Assembly: GCF_964204645.1 (NCBI RefSeq) | Contig: NC_134026.1 | Coordinates: forward strand, 8,827,950 to 8,891,949 | Direction of reading: 5' to 3' | Length of the DNA stretch: 64,000 bases | Source: Tubulanus polymorphus | Lineage: Eukaryota; Animalia; Nemertea | Shown here: in pieces, positions 49,835 to 63,672 of the stretch | Layout: every line of letters starts with the position of its first letter | How positions within the stretch are numbered: the stretch's first letter is position 1 | Notes under the pieces: generated by a model | Database searches by the model: none | The model's input: only the letters and a program-made list of their open reading frames with translations | What the model was told of the DNA's origin: nothing | Made by a program: the position numbers and the translations under genes

Positions 49835-52651
49835 GATATTATCGATATTGATCTCCTACGAAATGAAAACAAAATTGTAAAATCTTGTGAGGGAGCACCT
49901 AAAAATATCGATAGTCGCTTCAATTAGGATTACTCGTGGATGTGGGTGGGGGACTGGGGGTTGAAGGCTTTACTTCTCCCAGATTGATCACAACTACCGC
50001 AGTGCGGTGTACTAGCAAAATCCATCACTGATTCATTCACCGCACTACGGTGTAGACACAACGAAAGGGTTAAATGATGACGTAATATCATATCATTGAT
50101 AAAGTTTAGAGTCCAATAGGTTTTTCATAGGCCTAAGTAGTTTTTCTATTCTAATTTCAATTAAAAGTTGTGAACAAAATACACTTGTCAGAACTTATCT
50201 TCTGTCTGTGGTCTCTCGTTAGAAAATCAATAGTTCCAACTTTGGCACGTGTCTAATCAAAGGGTAGGAACAGGGGTTGTTAGAAAGAATTAGCCTTAGC
50301 CTATTGAATTTTTAGATGCTCCCTAATGTTATCACCAAAAGCACAAAAATTACTTCCAAAGAAATAAAACCGTGTCATTGACTTCTAATCAAATCCCCCT
50401 ACAACTCGTTGGCTATAGATACAGTCTAATGTCTATTTCAAATCATGACCTGAGAGCTTGTTAGATCAAATAGAAACAAATAGTATGACATTAATGCAAG
50501 TGGTGTGAAGAATAATTACATCATTGATTGAATCTCAGTTCATCTACCTGCAGTTTGGGTCACCCTTCCACTTACTACTAGTTCGAAAAATTAATACTAA
50601 TTACCAATTCCTCCCCTTAATTTTGCTACGTTGATAAGTTTTTGATTAAATGTAAGGTCACCCACTAACTCGCCTAAAAAAAGTAATTAGTACGAGGTAG
50701 AAAAACTAAGACGGTTTGTTTAAGTATGTTTTTCCTGTCTTGGGCACCCACTTGATCTAGCCAGTGGTAATCTGTCTGCGTTTTAGTTTCACGATCGGAT
50801 ATTTTCACAAGCCCATCCGATTACAAGTAGGCCTAGAGGTAGAGCTTACCACCAACAAAAATTCGAAAATTAGGACAACTACCACTCTGAAAATATTGGT
50901 TTTAGGCGGTCATTAGCACGACATTCACTTTTTATGTCGGGTTCGAGTTAAATTATGCTTCGGCCGCTTAGAGAAAATTGAAACATCACTTTTTATAACG
51001 TACATTCTAAAATGTATAAATATACTTTATTTAATGCATCACTTACAGAAACAGAGTTAAATTCTACCCGAAAAGCCGGCGTTTCAAACAAAAACAAATA
51101 GCGGGTAGCTCCGAGAATATCCAATTTAGGGTATCCATATCGCGTCAGTGCACTCTTATCCTTCGAACTCGGTATGAACATTGTCGGGCGGTACGTCACA
51201 GGGAATGAATAAAATCAGTATCGAATGACCATCCCCGTACTTTGTGACAAGTCCGTGTGATCCGACTGGATATCCACATGAATTTGAACGTGTATGCCAA
51301 ACTGCGGGGTCGGCAAGAAGCCGGGCAAAAATCCCTCAGTGTTATCGCAAACGATATAAATTAAGCCTTGCGGCACCTCGAAAAAAAACGTTTTCGATGC
51401 GTTTTGTCCGTGTGCGAGGAGTTACACCCAACGCCGAACAGTGAAACGTTTTTTCACGAACGTTTCCGTTATGCCGTGTGGTCAAAACGTTTTGGAAACA
51501 AATGTTATGCCGTGTTGCGCGAGCTTCATAAGATACCCCACTAACCATAATCAAAAAAAATGATGAATTAGGTTTTAGAGAAGAAAAGCTATATACGTAT
51601 GTCAGCGAAATTCAAAGCTATGCAGGCATGTGTAGAAACAGATACAGATAATTGTAACGGAAATGCCATAGATTGTTCTATGCTGTAAATTATATTTGAA
51701 AAATAAAGTGTTCATTCATTCGTTTCGTTCGTTCGTTCGTTCGTACGTTCGTTCCCGCCCACAGTCGCAATTCGGGAGAATGATCGAAAGAAATAAAATG
51801 GAATCGAGTAAGGTGAAAACCGGAATAACAGCGGATTTTGAACGGACTTTTTTTGCTAATTGAATAAGTAGTAATCTTCGGCACTGACTTTTCATTGTAA
51901 TTGTATGATTATTACAAAAGATTAAAATAATTCTCATCAATCAGTAATTATTGGAATACCGGTAATACCGGTAGTTTGGGAGTCAGGAGCGGATAAGGGG
52001 GTGGGCTCCGAGGTTTCGAACCCATCACTTTTGGTCAAATACCCTTTTCAAAAAATAATTCGGTGGCACATAAATTATGACTCGACCTTCGTTAGTTCGT
52101 GATAGAGGACTTGGACACGAATTACATGTAAAAAAGAAAGAAATCGCAAACGAAATGACCAAGAAAACAGTCGCGGCAGCGTCGAGATTAGAATAATTGC
52201 AGAAGTAACTATCACTTGAAACTTGTTGACGTTGAAACAGAATTCGAAAATATTTGATTCTGAGAAAGATTTCGTTTGTCTTAGTAGGTACGTAGGCCAA
52301 ATCAGTAAGAACTCTGTCGACCTGGGATTACTGATGGTGGCACTTGCAGCTTGAGCTATGAAAACGATGAAATTCTTAGTATGGCCATGTTATCCAGGTA
52401 TATTAATTTCTTGCATTCTCACTTACTTTGAATAAGCTTTTGAAAAGGGCACATTATTTTGCTGTAGTATACTACAGCATATTTTGGAACGGATGTTGCC
52501 CGACATACTTTGCATCGTATTTCATGTCTGATGGAGATTGTCTCTCGGTGCTCGGTGTAAAACAAATAAATTATCTATTGCTTTTTTGTTGATCTGGTAT
52601 CTATTGATGTAAATTATTCAGGAAATAAATAAATGAATTTACCCGTTAACT

Positions 52652-53888
52652 AAAACTAGGGGTCCAAGGACACCATGCCCACTTGGGAAGTGGTTTCAAA
52701 TGCTCAACAATCTAACAATTTTAATATTCAACACCCCCTGGTGACCATATAAAAAACCAATGACCTTGAAACTCGCCACAATCATAAAACATGTCAGCAG
52801 CTAGGATTTTGTAATTGATTGTGATAAATATGTCTCGTTACCAATTTAATATGGAAATACTAAGTTATTCTACTATTCAACGCCCCTGGCGACCATATTC
52901 AAAACCAAATAACCTTGTAACTCACCATAATCAATAGAACATATCATGAACTTCAACTATGCAATTGATCATGGTAACAAAATATGCCAAGGTACCAATA
53001 TAATAAGGAAATACTAGGTTATTCTACTATTCAACGCCCCCTGGTGACCATATAGAATAACTAATTTTCTTAAAAATCACCACAATCATAGACGATGTCA
53101 TGAGCTACAACTTTGCAATTGATTGGGGTAACAAAATATGTATTGGTACAAATATAATATAGAAATACTAAAATGTTATATTATTCAATGCCCCCTGGTG
53201 GCCATATACAAAAACCAATGAACTTGAAACTCACCACAATCCTAGAACACGTTATAAGCTACAACTTTCCAATTAATTGTTGTAACAAAATATGCTTAGG
53301 TATCAATATAATGTCGAAAAACCTTTTCCCACCTACGAATGAGTACTAATGACACCAAGATGGCCGCCAATTGCGTCATAATTGGCTGATCAAAAATACC
53401 TGTCTCAGGTATAAAACATCCCTTTCCAAAGAATACCCATCAGCAATTGCAATGAGAAATGGCAAACCAGTAGGAAGCAACAGGACTCAGAATTCGGGCC
53501 AAAATTAACATTTTTGTGCACTTAAAAGGTCCTAGGACGACCATTTTTAGTACAATCGACCCAATTTTCAAATATATACGAAAGATCAAGATAATTGATC
53601 AAGGGGTCTTCAAAATTTCCCTCAAAAAGTTCAAAAACGTGTAAAAAGTGCTGATTTTGGCGAACAACAATGGCTGCCAGTCGGCCATCTTGATTCGACA
53701 GGGCCAGTTTTTGGGCTGAAGATGTGTCTGGGGTAAATACATGTATAAACAAGATATAAAGACATTACCTTGAAGCGTCTTCAAAACTTCCCAAAATAAC
53801 TGGATTCCGTCTACGGACGGACGGACGACGGACGAAAGTGAACGCAATAGCCAGCTGGGACTTAAGTCCCAAAGTGGGCTAAAAAAAG
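52652..53888 (+). mobile_element. Helentron-associated (HINE/DINE-like) non-autonomous element with an internal tandem array
   Basis: Starts aaaactagggg; contains four ~150-bp tandem units, a (GGAC)n tract at ~53815-53833, and a terminal hairpin tgggacttaagtccca before an A-run. Confidence 0.7.
52726..53320. repeat. ~148-154-bp tandem repeat, ~4 copies
   Basis: tattcaac(g)ccccctggtgaccatat begins at ~52726, 52874, 53028 and 53182. Confidence 0.9.
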
Positions 53889-54227
53889 TGCGACAAACAT
53901 AAAAACAGCAACAATTTCAATGTCCAAACTTTCTTGAATGAATTTATTTTTCGATATGATGCCCATTAAATCAAAAGAAAAATAACATTATAACATGAAG
54001 TGTTATTGATTGAATTTAATCTACAAACCTTACCAAGTAAGGGATTAACATGACTTTAAGAAGAACGATTATTAAACATATATGTACGATCGATTATGGT
54101 GCTTATGGGTATAAGGTTTCGTTACAAAACTATTTGATTAATAGCTTGAATCAATGGTTACTTATATTTCAAAATTCTGATCTTATCTACAACGTGACAT
54201 CCAACCTCAAATCTCAGGAGTTCGAGA

Positions 54228-57200
54228 TCATTTCATAGATCTTTGATCAATCCCAGGATATTCGCATCCATCGCAAATTCGACAATTATGCGCCGGCTTA
54301 TCTGTGAAAGGAATTTGTATTAAAAACAAAGTAATATTGGTATATCTATCTATAATTAGACTCTTGGTGTCAATTAACTTACCTGGTTTGTAGTGACAGT
54401 AACGGAACATCACTTGCAATTTTTCATTTCCATCGTTCTGCTGCAATGGCGTATCGTACTTCGTCTCGTATGTATACCTCACAATACGGTTGTATCTATT
54501 TCGAACTGAATTTTTTACTCTCTCGTACTGAAACGCGTAATTTGAATTGTCGGTTCCCCAACCTAATGTTTCAGTCGTGAGATGCATTCCGTATACTTGC
54601 TGACAACGTTCGATCTGGGCTCTCCTGGAAAATTGTTATCAGAGGACACTTAATAGCCGCGATCATTACGAGCATTTTTGGCCCAGTACAACTATTCAGA
54701 GCCAAGTTTTAGCTTAAGAAATAAAAATGATACATGTTTGGTTGTTACAGATGACCGAAACTTTGAGCGAATGTTTTCATAACAGTTGATACAAACGTAC
54801 ACTTTCAGTTGCATCAATGTTCTGAATTTGAAAGGATTTGGATCAATCAAAAATATTGGGGGATAAGGCGCATTCTTACATCGCTCAAATAATTACAACA
54901 AAAAAGATAATTATATTTATCACCGACACCATTGGGTACAAATACGTTCCTCTCTATCTGTCTTATCCCATCTCCGAGTTTCCACCGGGAACTTGTGGTT
55001 GCATGTTCTGAATTTAGTCAGGGTCTATAATAAGGTAATTGTCTGGTATTTCAAATATTAGGTATGGTTCTAGTCACGTACTAGATCCTGCTTGAATGAA
55101 CCGTAATACGAGCCTTTAAAAGAGATGAAACCTTTAAATCATTTTTTCCAAATTTAAGCATGGGTCAAATCATTAATCGCGTTTCAAGAATTGGTTCCGG
55201 CAGTGACCTACTTCGCTTTGATTGATCATTGTTTAGTATCGAGTGAGTGGTTAACGCGTGAACGCTTTCTCTAATTAGACACGGGCCAAATTTGACTCGG
55301 GCCTGCGCCGTGCAAATTTGGCCCGGGCCAAATCGCGTCCGTGCGATCGCGGCTAATGAATTTCCCGTAAATCTAACGGTTCTGAATCGTCAATACTTAC
55401 GCGAGTAGATAGAAAGGATGCTCGTTTGGTAGAACAATTGGTTTGTTTACATCACCGTCATTTCTACAGCAGTAACTGATATCTGTAGAATTTGTATTAT
55501 ATACTCCTTCGGGCAATATGCCCCCGATGCTGTTGCGACTGTTAACTAAAGCATCTTTCCATTTTACTGTAGATTCATTAAAACCTACCAAATGATAGTT
55601 TTGTTACAGTTAACTTCGAACTTAAGCACCTATCAATTCATCAGTTTGTATTATCTTACCAATCGGACATGATATCCCTTTTTTCAAGATGCAGTATTGT
55701 CCCCTTGGCCACGTATACTGGACAGTCGAGTAATATGTGATTGTTTTAACACAAAAAGAACTGTTTACAGAACCTCTCGTAATGGCACCGTTCCAATTAC
55801 TGTTCATGCTGGCGTTCCATTTGTTCACATATCGGGAAGGGGCGTCTTGGAACCTCCATCCCAGTTTCCATTCAGCTTCCTTTGATGGGCAGCCACCGCT
55901 AGCCGCAGGCAGAGCGTACATGCCTCCTGGCCACTTGATCATAAATTTCATTTCCGGATCTTTGAAAATTGAATGATGGTAAGTATGATGATATACACAA
56001 GTTCATAATGTTACAAAGCTATTAGCTAATGTCGGGCTGCAACGTAATGGGTACCATTGCAACTGAGATGCGATCTTAGCCCAGCTTATACCACACGATC
56101 ACACGAGCTTTTTTGCCTACTTTTTTGCCTGCATACTGGCACCCAATTGGGCCCGGCTGTTATGCCCCGCTGGCTCCAACCAAAAACGTCGGATTAGGCC
56201 CGAGCCAGAGCACGGGTGAAATTATTGCGTGTTGATTGCTCCTGGATGCGGAAGTGACTCATTTCACTTTTTTCACGGCATTGTTTAGCATCGAGTGAGC
56301 GGTTTGCGTGGGAAGCACTCTCTAATTAGGTACGGGCCAAATTTGACTCTGACCCTCATCCGGGCCGATATGGCTCGGGCCAAATCGCCTCCATGTGATC
56401 GCGGCTTATGACGGCTTCGTTTGATCTCCAGAGCCCGACTAGCTGGATTATTATGTTATCCCGCCAGTCGCTACAACGTCACTGGCAAGAATTTACCGCA
56501 ATCAAAACGGCCTAATTCAATGAGCGTTTAGTTTGTCTACGAAAAGACAACATTGATCAAAAGTACAAAACAAAGTATATTAACATATTCAATGAATGCA
56601 TTCTCATATATTCACGAAGGGATCATTCTTTTTCGAATTTCCCAGTTTATGGAACGTACCTTCTATTACCTTCGCTGATTTATCTTGCATAATTAACTCA
56701 GTTGCATTCTCCAGATTCTCACGCAGAGATTGTTTAAAGCTGCTCGATCCACGATACCATTTGTACATCTCTGTTATCGGGGTTAATACCCAACGCACGG
56801 GAGCTAATTTACCAGGCGAGCCGATATCGACCTTGCTTTTCAGGTTAAAATTTTGTTTCAGATTTTCGACCGAGTCAAGAGAGCTGCGCATTAAGGTAAC
56901 TTCTAGAAATGACGCTGATTCTTTTGAATGCAAGCTACTACACATCATCAACGACTGCTTATTCTAGAAATGAAAAATGGATATATTTAAGTGAAATAAA
57001 GCAAAAAGTACAAATAAAAAGAACATGGCAAAAGACTTCCGTGCTGTTTCAATTTTCCTTTGCATAAAACCAGCTATGGAGCAACGAAATCGACCAAAAT
57101 CAGCAAAAAAGCACGCCATATTATTGGCAGTCATCATAAATACGGAAATATGCTTAATTGAAAGACCCCGTACGCTTAAATTCCGCATGCAATTTTCCTC

Positions 57201-58528
57201 ATAACGGCTTAATTGCAAAATGACGATTTGTAGCAATCATGGTATGGCGGGTGTATGGAAAACAACCGCCACCAGATCCTAGTAGTCTTTTAAGTGATGA
57301 CACATGGGACAATTGAAAATTTCATGTGAAAATAAATGCAACAAGCGTTGATTTACTAACATTTTTGAGGATATAATCCAAAAAAACTAATGATGACAGC
57401 GAATAGTCAACGTAGTCCTTGGTGCCAAAATGAATTCCAGTCACAACATGCTAAAATGGAGAATGAATATTTGTTAATGCGAATACATGTTACGAACGCG
57501 TTTCCAACATAGTGTCGTTAGAGTACTATACCGTTCCCCATCTTGCAAAAAACAATTTAGCAGTTTTTAGATCGTTGAAATCTGTTTTGATGAGTTCTCT
57601 TAAAAATTCATAGGCAAAATCGTCGGTATATTTAGTTCGAAGCCGTGCTTCTCCCATAGGACAAAATCTTCTCCGTTCCGTTAGAAAAAATTCCGATTCC
57701 GTAGTTAGGCCCAGAGCTGAAATCAATTGCTAATAGGTTAAACGTTTTTTGACATGAAATAAGAGTTATAAAGCTTCTGCGTTGTATTTTACCTTTACTA
57801 TCGGCAAATATCTGTGAACTAGTTTTATCGTAATCACCATCTGAAACATTGATATTACGTCGAATGTAAGAAAATGAATTCGGCAAAATTCAACGGGGAA
57901 GACCAAATTGTCGTTATTACCCGTCAGAATTATGTCCCGTTTTCTGGCATCCTGATAACCTTTTGGACCAATGATATATCGAGTGTCCTGCTCTGAAATG
58001 CAGTTTCTCCTTTCAAAATAACGCACCCGAGACGGCATCCGTCTTAAAGATTAGAAACATTACTAACTCAATATTTTTGCCAGTCTCTGCCATCTGGCGC
58101 TTAGATTTTTTTTTGCATGAATCTGGTGTGAAAGTGAGTGTGATCGGTTGTACGAGGGTGGCTTGAAAATCTTATAAACCTCATCATGATCATGATCATG
58201 ATCATGATCATTATCATGTGTACATAAATCTATTGATAAAATAATCTACATATGCCTATATTTACGAAATCATTCAACATTACCGAGTTTCGTTTGGACC
58301 GTGGTACAGGTATCCCATATCGTTATTCGACGCTTGTACTGGAAATATCCGTCGAGTCAATTTCAATCCTGGATCACTATGCCCGAGACTCGGATTACCG
58401 ATGAATACATCGTACCCCAAACCGAGAGCCGAAATCTCGTACGGGAGAGCAACACCTTCGAGAGCCTCAGCCCCAGCCCCAGCCCCGAAAACTTGTAGAA
58501 AAACAAACAGTAACAGCCACGCCGACAT
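54228..58528 (-). CDS. Secreted MACPF + ApeC (apextrin-like) protein, 597 aa, 10 exons
   Basis: Exons 58528-58284, 58042-57921, 57840-57793, 57716-57532, 57450-57361, 56963-56660, 55959-55660, 55584-55401, 54624-54383 and 54301-54228 total 1794 nt, open to the stop. Signal peptide, LGLGYDVFIGNP..DPG, MACPF signature FFARWGT|HVVTGIHFG, and ApeC motifs WPGGMYALP...GCP...GWRFQD, WPRGQYCILKKG.CP.GF, LPEGVY...YCCRNDG....I.LP...PFYL, CQQVYG. Confidence 0.88.
56077..56408. mobile_element. Dispersed TIR-element family; copies at ~55195-55355 and ~29470-29700
   Basis: Shared end gggccaaatcg..tcc.tgtgatcgcggctta and internal atcgagtgag.ggtt..cg...ctctaattag. Confidence 0.65.
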
Positions 58529-58549
58529 CTTCGCTGTTCACCATCAACT

Positions 58550-58586
58550 TCTGAATATCACACTCGCGCAGTAAAGCTTATATATC
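58550..58586 (-). promoter_or_regulatory. TATA box and initiator-like core promoter of the MACPF/ApeC gene
   Basis: Minus-strand TATATAA at ~58584-58578, a TCAG initiator-like site ~25-30 nt downstream, and ATG at 58528. Confidence 0.55.
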
Positions 58587-60131
58587 CGTCCTGCATCTAG
58601 AGCATTTCCTCGTAATATACATGGAAAACTTGTATACATAGAATTACTTCATAGATAACGAAGGCCTCGATTGTGAATGGGTCAAGAGATACATCCGCAC
58701 TTGAGACAAAACAATGAAACAAGTGGACTTTCTTTAAAAACACAGGAATGATTTATTGGTTTCGTCTGGTTCTGAGATTTTATTGCGCATAACAACAACA
58801 GATATTTTTATTAAGCGTGGGATCCGTAATGGTTGTTTTATCGGAACCCTAATGGCCACTTCTCTTCTAAAACGTACGATGGAAAGTTGACAAAAACCTG
58901 ACAGATTTATTCCTTTCAATAAGGGAAACGCGCGTGGAAAATCGTCTCAGGGTCCGGAACCCTGCCTTTCCATTGAGGCTGCCCTTTTCGTCAATGCAAA
59001 GTTTTAGAACCTGCAAATTTGACACTTATTTTCAGATATTGCGTATTTTCCGATTTATTTCTTTGAGAATCTAATACCGAATGGCATTCGCTAGTAGCCA
59101 ATGACGAAAAATGCCTTTTATTCTTCTAGACCCAGGCCTCCTTAATTTCCTAGATCCACCCCTGTGGGCATAGTGAAAATTGGGTTTAAAAATCCTCCCC
59201 TAAGGCCTTTTTAATAGCTTGGTTTACGGGGTAGAACTATTCAAATATCATTTCGGAGGAGGAAATAAGTATTCTAAAAAAATTCCCTCAGTGAGATAAA
59301 AATCACCTTTTGAAGGAAGAGGGAAATGTTTGATAGGGTATGTCCAAACAAATGATTCTTGGAAAGTTCGAATTCTGCAAACTGCGATCAAAAAACCTCG
59401 CGTTTTTCAATTTTTTCAACATTCAAGCCCCAATATTCTCATTCGGTGGAGGTGAAAAAATGGTTTCTGCTCACTTTTTCACCGAATTCGTTCCACGGAC
59501 GGGAATAAGAAAAAATAATATTTATTTCTATTTGACTTCTCTTCAAATTTCGGTGGCGGTTCCCGTTAACCAAGCAATTGAAAATGGGCCTAAGCGCTCC
59601 TCAATCGATCGATTTTAAGCGTATTCCGAGTAACACGTATTCGAAAAATTTGCTTATTTTCGTATGGGAAGTTAAGTGTACGTACAGAAATGCAAACGTA
59701 GAAATATGATAATATCATATATTTTCATCTTTTATGAATGAATAGGACATTTTCTCTTGAAATTATTGATTAACATATCTTGACAAAATCCTTGTCAAAC
59801 GGTGTGTGAGCGCGTCGGGCGCGAATCTGCCGGCCAAAATGGCAAGTCAGGTTCAGCGATGACAGGGGCATGTCCAACCCATTTGTACTACAGCCAACTC
59901 ATCTGCGAAGGTCAATGAAGGGTCTGTTCACAAGTACGTAGTATTACTACCATTGACTTCGTTTTAGGGTACATGGTAACATTGGAAATAACTTGAAAAT
60001 TAATCAATATAACGTCAAGTTGTCTGCTCATTTCATGTTTTCGAGATGGGCCGCCTGGATGCGCCCTTGATTACACCAAGACTTAACTTTCTGGGGCCGG
60101 TAAAGCATTATCAACTTTAATTATAATTATG

Positions 60132-60167
<36 letters not shown>

Positions 60168-60419
60168 TTATGATGACATTGATATTCAATTTACTCGTCC
60201 ATTGCTAAAACGTCAACAAAATCTTATCAATTCGAACTTCATTTGTCCAAACCACCAAATATTTTTTCTGATTCAATGCTTTTCAATGATTTCGAGCGAA
60301 CTACTGCAATTAACCCTGCTTATTTCGTCGGGTCAAAAAAAATAGTCGTCGATTAAGGGATCCGTGGTACATTTCGTCTGCTCAAACAATGAAATGTTAG
60401 TCGTCGAATAAACACTATC

Positions 60420-60555
60420 ATCCGTGTACACTGTAGATAAATGAAGAAATCCCACACTTCGAATTAAATTATACGATAGATGTTAATATTGTGGTTTCAA
60501 AAATAATAAATTCTATCGTATAATTTAATTCGAAGTGTGGCATTTCTTCATTTTA
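60420..60555 (-). mobile_element. Internally deleted copy of the palindromic Penelope-like remnant at 10735-11034
   Basis: Same arms (aaatgaagaaatcccacacttcgaatt / aattcgaagtgtgg) and tail; the hammerhead cores are lost. Confidence 0.78.
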
Positions 60556-60805
60556 CTAAAAGTTTGTATTGTAATCCCCCGTCGACGATTCACAGTGTCG
60601 CGATATTCTCGGAGCAACCCCCTTCTCGCTAGAGTCAATGTGGATGTGTTTTTATTGCGTAATCACAAGTAATTTACCAATTTGGGTTAGTCAGCGGTGT
60701 ACAAGAACACCGTTTCAAGATGGCGGCTATGTAGAGGGAGCCATGGGAAAATACAATAAGAACAGAACATTTCCACCGCATACAACACGGGCCGAAAGCA
60801 TCCGT

Positions 60806-63251
60806 AGTATCACTGGTATCAGTGGTATCGGGGAAGCAGTAGTATCACCGGTCTCCAGAAGGATCGGTCAGTATCACTGGTAACAGTGGTATCGGGGTAT
60901 CAGTAGTATCACCGGTCTCCAGAAGGATCGGGCAGTATAACTGGTAACAGTGGTATCGGGGTAGCAGTAGTATCACCGGTCTCCAGAAGGATCGGGCAGT
61001 ATCACTGGTATCAGTGGTATCGGGGTAGCAGTAGTATCACCGGTCTCCAGAAGGATCGGGCAGTATCACTGGTATCAGTGGTATCGGGGTAGCAGTAGTA
61101 TTATCGGTCTCGGAGAGGATCGGACAGTATCACTGGTAATAGTGGTATCGGGGTAGCAGTAGTATCACCGGTCTCCAGAAGGATCGGGCAGTATCACTGG
61201 TAACAGTGGTATCGGGGTAGCAGTAGTATCATCGGTCTCGGAGAGGATCGGGCAGTATCACTGGTAACAGTGGTATCGGTGTAGCAGTAGTATCACCGGT
61301 CTCCAGAAGGATCGGGCAGTATCACTGGTAACAGTGGTATCGGGGTAGCAGTAGTATCATCGGTCTCGGAGAGGATCGGACAGTATCACTGGTAACAGTG
61401 GTATCGGGGTAGCAGTAGTATCACCGGTCTCCAGAAGGATCGGGCAGTATCACCGGTAACAGTGGTATCGGGGTAGCAGTAGTATCATCGGTCTCGGAGA
61501 GGATCGGGCAGTATCACTGGTAACAGTGGTATCTGGATAGCAGTAGTATCACCGGTCTCGGAGAGGATCGGACAGTATCACTGGTATCAGTGGCATCGGG
61601 GTAGCAGAACGTAGTATCATCGGTCTCGGAGACGATCGGACAGTATCACTGGTATCGGTGGTATCGGAGTAGCAGTAGTATCACCGGTCGACAGAAGGAT
61701 CGGGCAGTATCACTGGTATCAGTGGTATCGGGGTATCAGTAGTATCGCCGGTCTCTAGAAGGATCGGACAGTATCACTGGTATCAGTGGTATCGGGGTAG
61801 CAGTAGTATCACCGGTCTCCAGAAGGATCGGGCAGTATCACTGGTAACAGTGGTATCGGGGTAGCAGTAGTATCACCAGTCTCCTGAAGGATCGGGCAGT
61901 ATCACTGGTAACAGTGGTATCGGGGTAGCAGTAGTATCACCGGTCTCCAGAAGGATCGGGCAGTATCACTGGTAACAGTGGTATCGGGGTAGCAGTAGTA
62001 TCACCGGTCTCCAGAAGGATCGGTCAGTATCACTGGTAACAGTGGTATCGGGGTAGCAGTAGTATCACCGGTCTCCAGAAGGATCGGGCAGTATCACTGG
62101 TAACAGTGGTATCGGTGTGGCAGTAGTATCACCGGTCTCCAGAAGGATCGGGCAGTATCACTGGTATCAGTGGTATCGGGGTAGCAGTAGTATCACCGGT
62201 CTCGGAGAGGATCGGACAGTATCACTGGTAACAGTGGTATCGGGGTAGCAGTAGTATCACCGGTCTCCAGAAGGATCGGTCAGTATCACTGGTATCGGTG
62301 GTATCGGGGTAGCAGTAGTATCACCGGTCTCGGAGAGGATCGGGCAGTATCACTGGTAACAGTGGTATCGGGGTAGCAGTAGTATCACCAGTCTCCTGAA
62401 GGATCGGGCAGTATCACTGGTAACAGTGGTATCGGGGTAACAGTAGTATCATCGGTCTCGGAGAGGATCGGACAGTATCACTGGTAACAGTGGTATCGGG
62501 GTAGCAGTAGTATCACCGGTCTCCAGAAGGATCGGGCAGTATTACTGGTAACAGTGGTATCGGGGTAGCAGTAGTATCACCGGTCTCCTGAAGGATCGGG
62601 TAGTATCACTGGTAACAGTGGTATCGGGGTAACAGTAGTATCACCGGTCTCCAGAAGGATCGGGCAGTATCACTGGTATCAGTGGTATCGGGGTAGCAGT
62701 AGTATCATCGGTCTCGGAGAGGATCGGACAGTATCACTGGTAACAGTGGTATCGGGGTAGCAGTAGTATCACCGGTCTCCAGAAGGATCGGTCAGTATCA
62801 CTGGTATCGGTGGTATCGGGGTAGCAGTAGTATCATCGGTCTCGGAGAGGATCGGACAGTATCACTGGTAACAGTGGTATCGGGGTAGCAGTAGTATCAC
62901 CGGTCTCCAGAAGGATCGGGCAGTATCACTGGTAACAGTGGTATCGGGGTAGCAGTAGTATCACCGGTCTCCAGAAGGATCGGGCAGTATCACTGGTAAC
63001 AGTGGTATCGGGGTAGCAGTAGTATCATCGGTCTCGGGAGAGGATCGGGCAGTATCACTGGTAACAGTGGTATCGGGGTAGCAGTAGTATCATCGGTCTC
63101 GGGAGAGGATCGGGCAGTATCACTGGTAACAGTGGTATCGGGGTAGCAGTAGTATCACCGGTCTCCAGAAGGATCGGGCAGTATCACTGGTAACAGTGGT
63201 ATCGGGGTAGCAGTAGTATCATCGGTCTCGGGAAAGGATCGGGCAGTATCA
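60806..63251. repeat. 64-bp tandem array, ~38 copies
   Basis: Unit agtatcactggtaacagtggtatcggggtagcagtagtatcaccggtctccagaaggatcgggc; period 64 confirmed at 60841, 60905 and 60969. Two main variants, ccagaa and cggaga. Confidence 0.97.
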
Positions 63252-63672
63252 TTTAACGGTGAACGATTCTTCCGGCTCATATTGTGTATCATCTACTATT
63301 CTGACTTCACAATGTTTCACCTTAAATAACATTATTCGGGTGTACATGCATTAATGAAGACAAGATTAATTTCAAATACTGTTTCCTAAAATCCTAGCCA
63401 TAATCTTTGACTCATTCACAAACATCATCGAAGATGAGATATTAGGATGATTGTTGACAAATGGTCAGGACAGTCATGTACATATTAACTTTAAGATACA
63501 CTGATATAGTAAAAAATGCTGAGAGAACATAAGAAAATAAGAGTAGATGAAATGACAAAACTATTGAAAATAATTGAGATTGAAAAAAAAACGAGTGAAG
63601 AAAAAAAAGAAATATTGATAACTGAATGGTCTTCTGGATATCATTAGTACAATGAAATTGTATTAATTTCAG

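Noticed and set aside
57526-58038. Apparent frameshifts in the MACPF gene (three overlapping ORFs)
   Set aside because: Explained by two short GT-AG introns (57920-57841 and 57792-57717) that keep the frame.
60806-63251. CRISPR array or repetitive protein-coding exon
   Set aside because: No unique spacers and eukaryotic context; the 64-nt period rotates the frame, so stops hit every frame on both strands.
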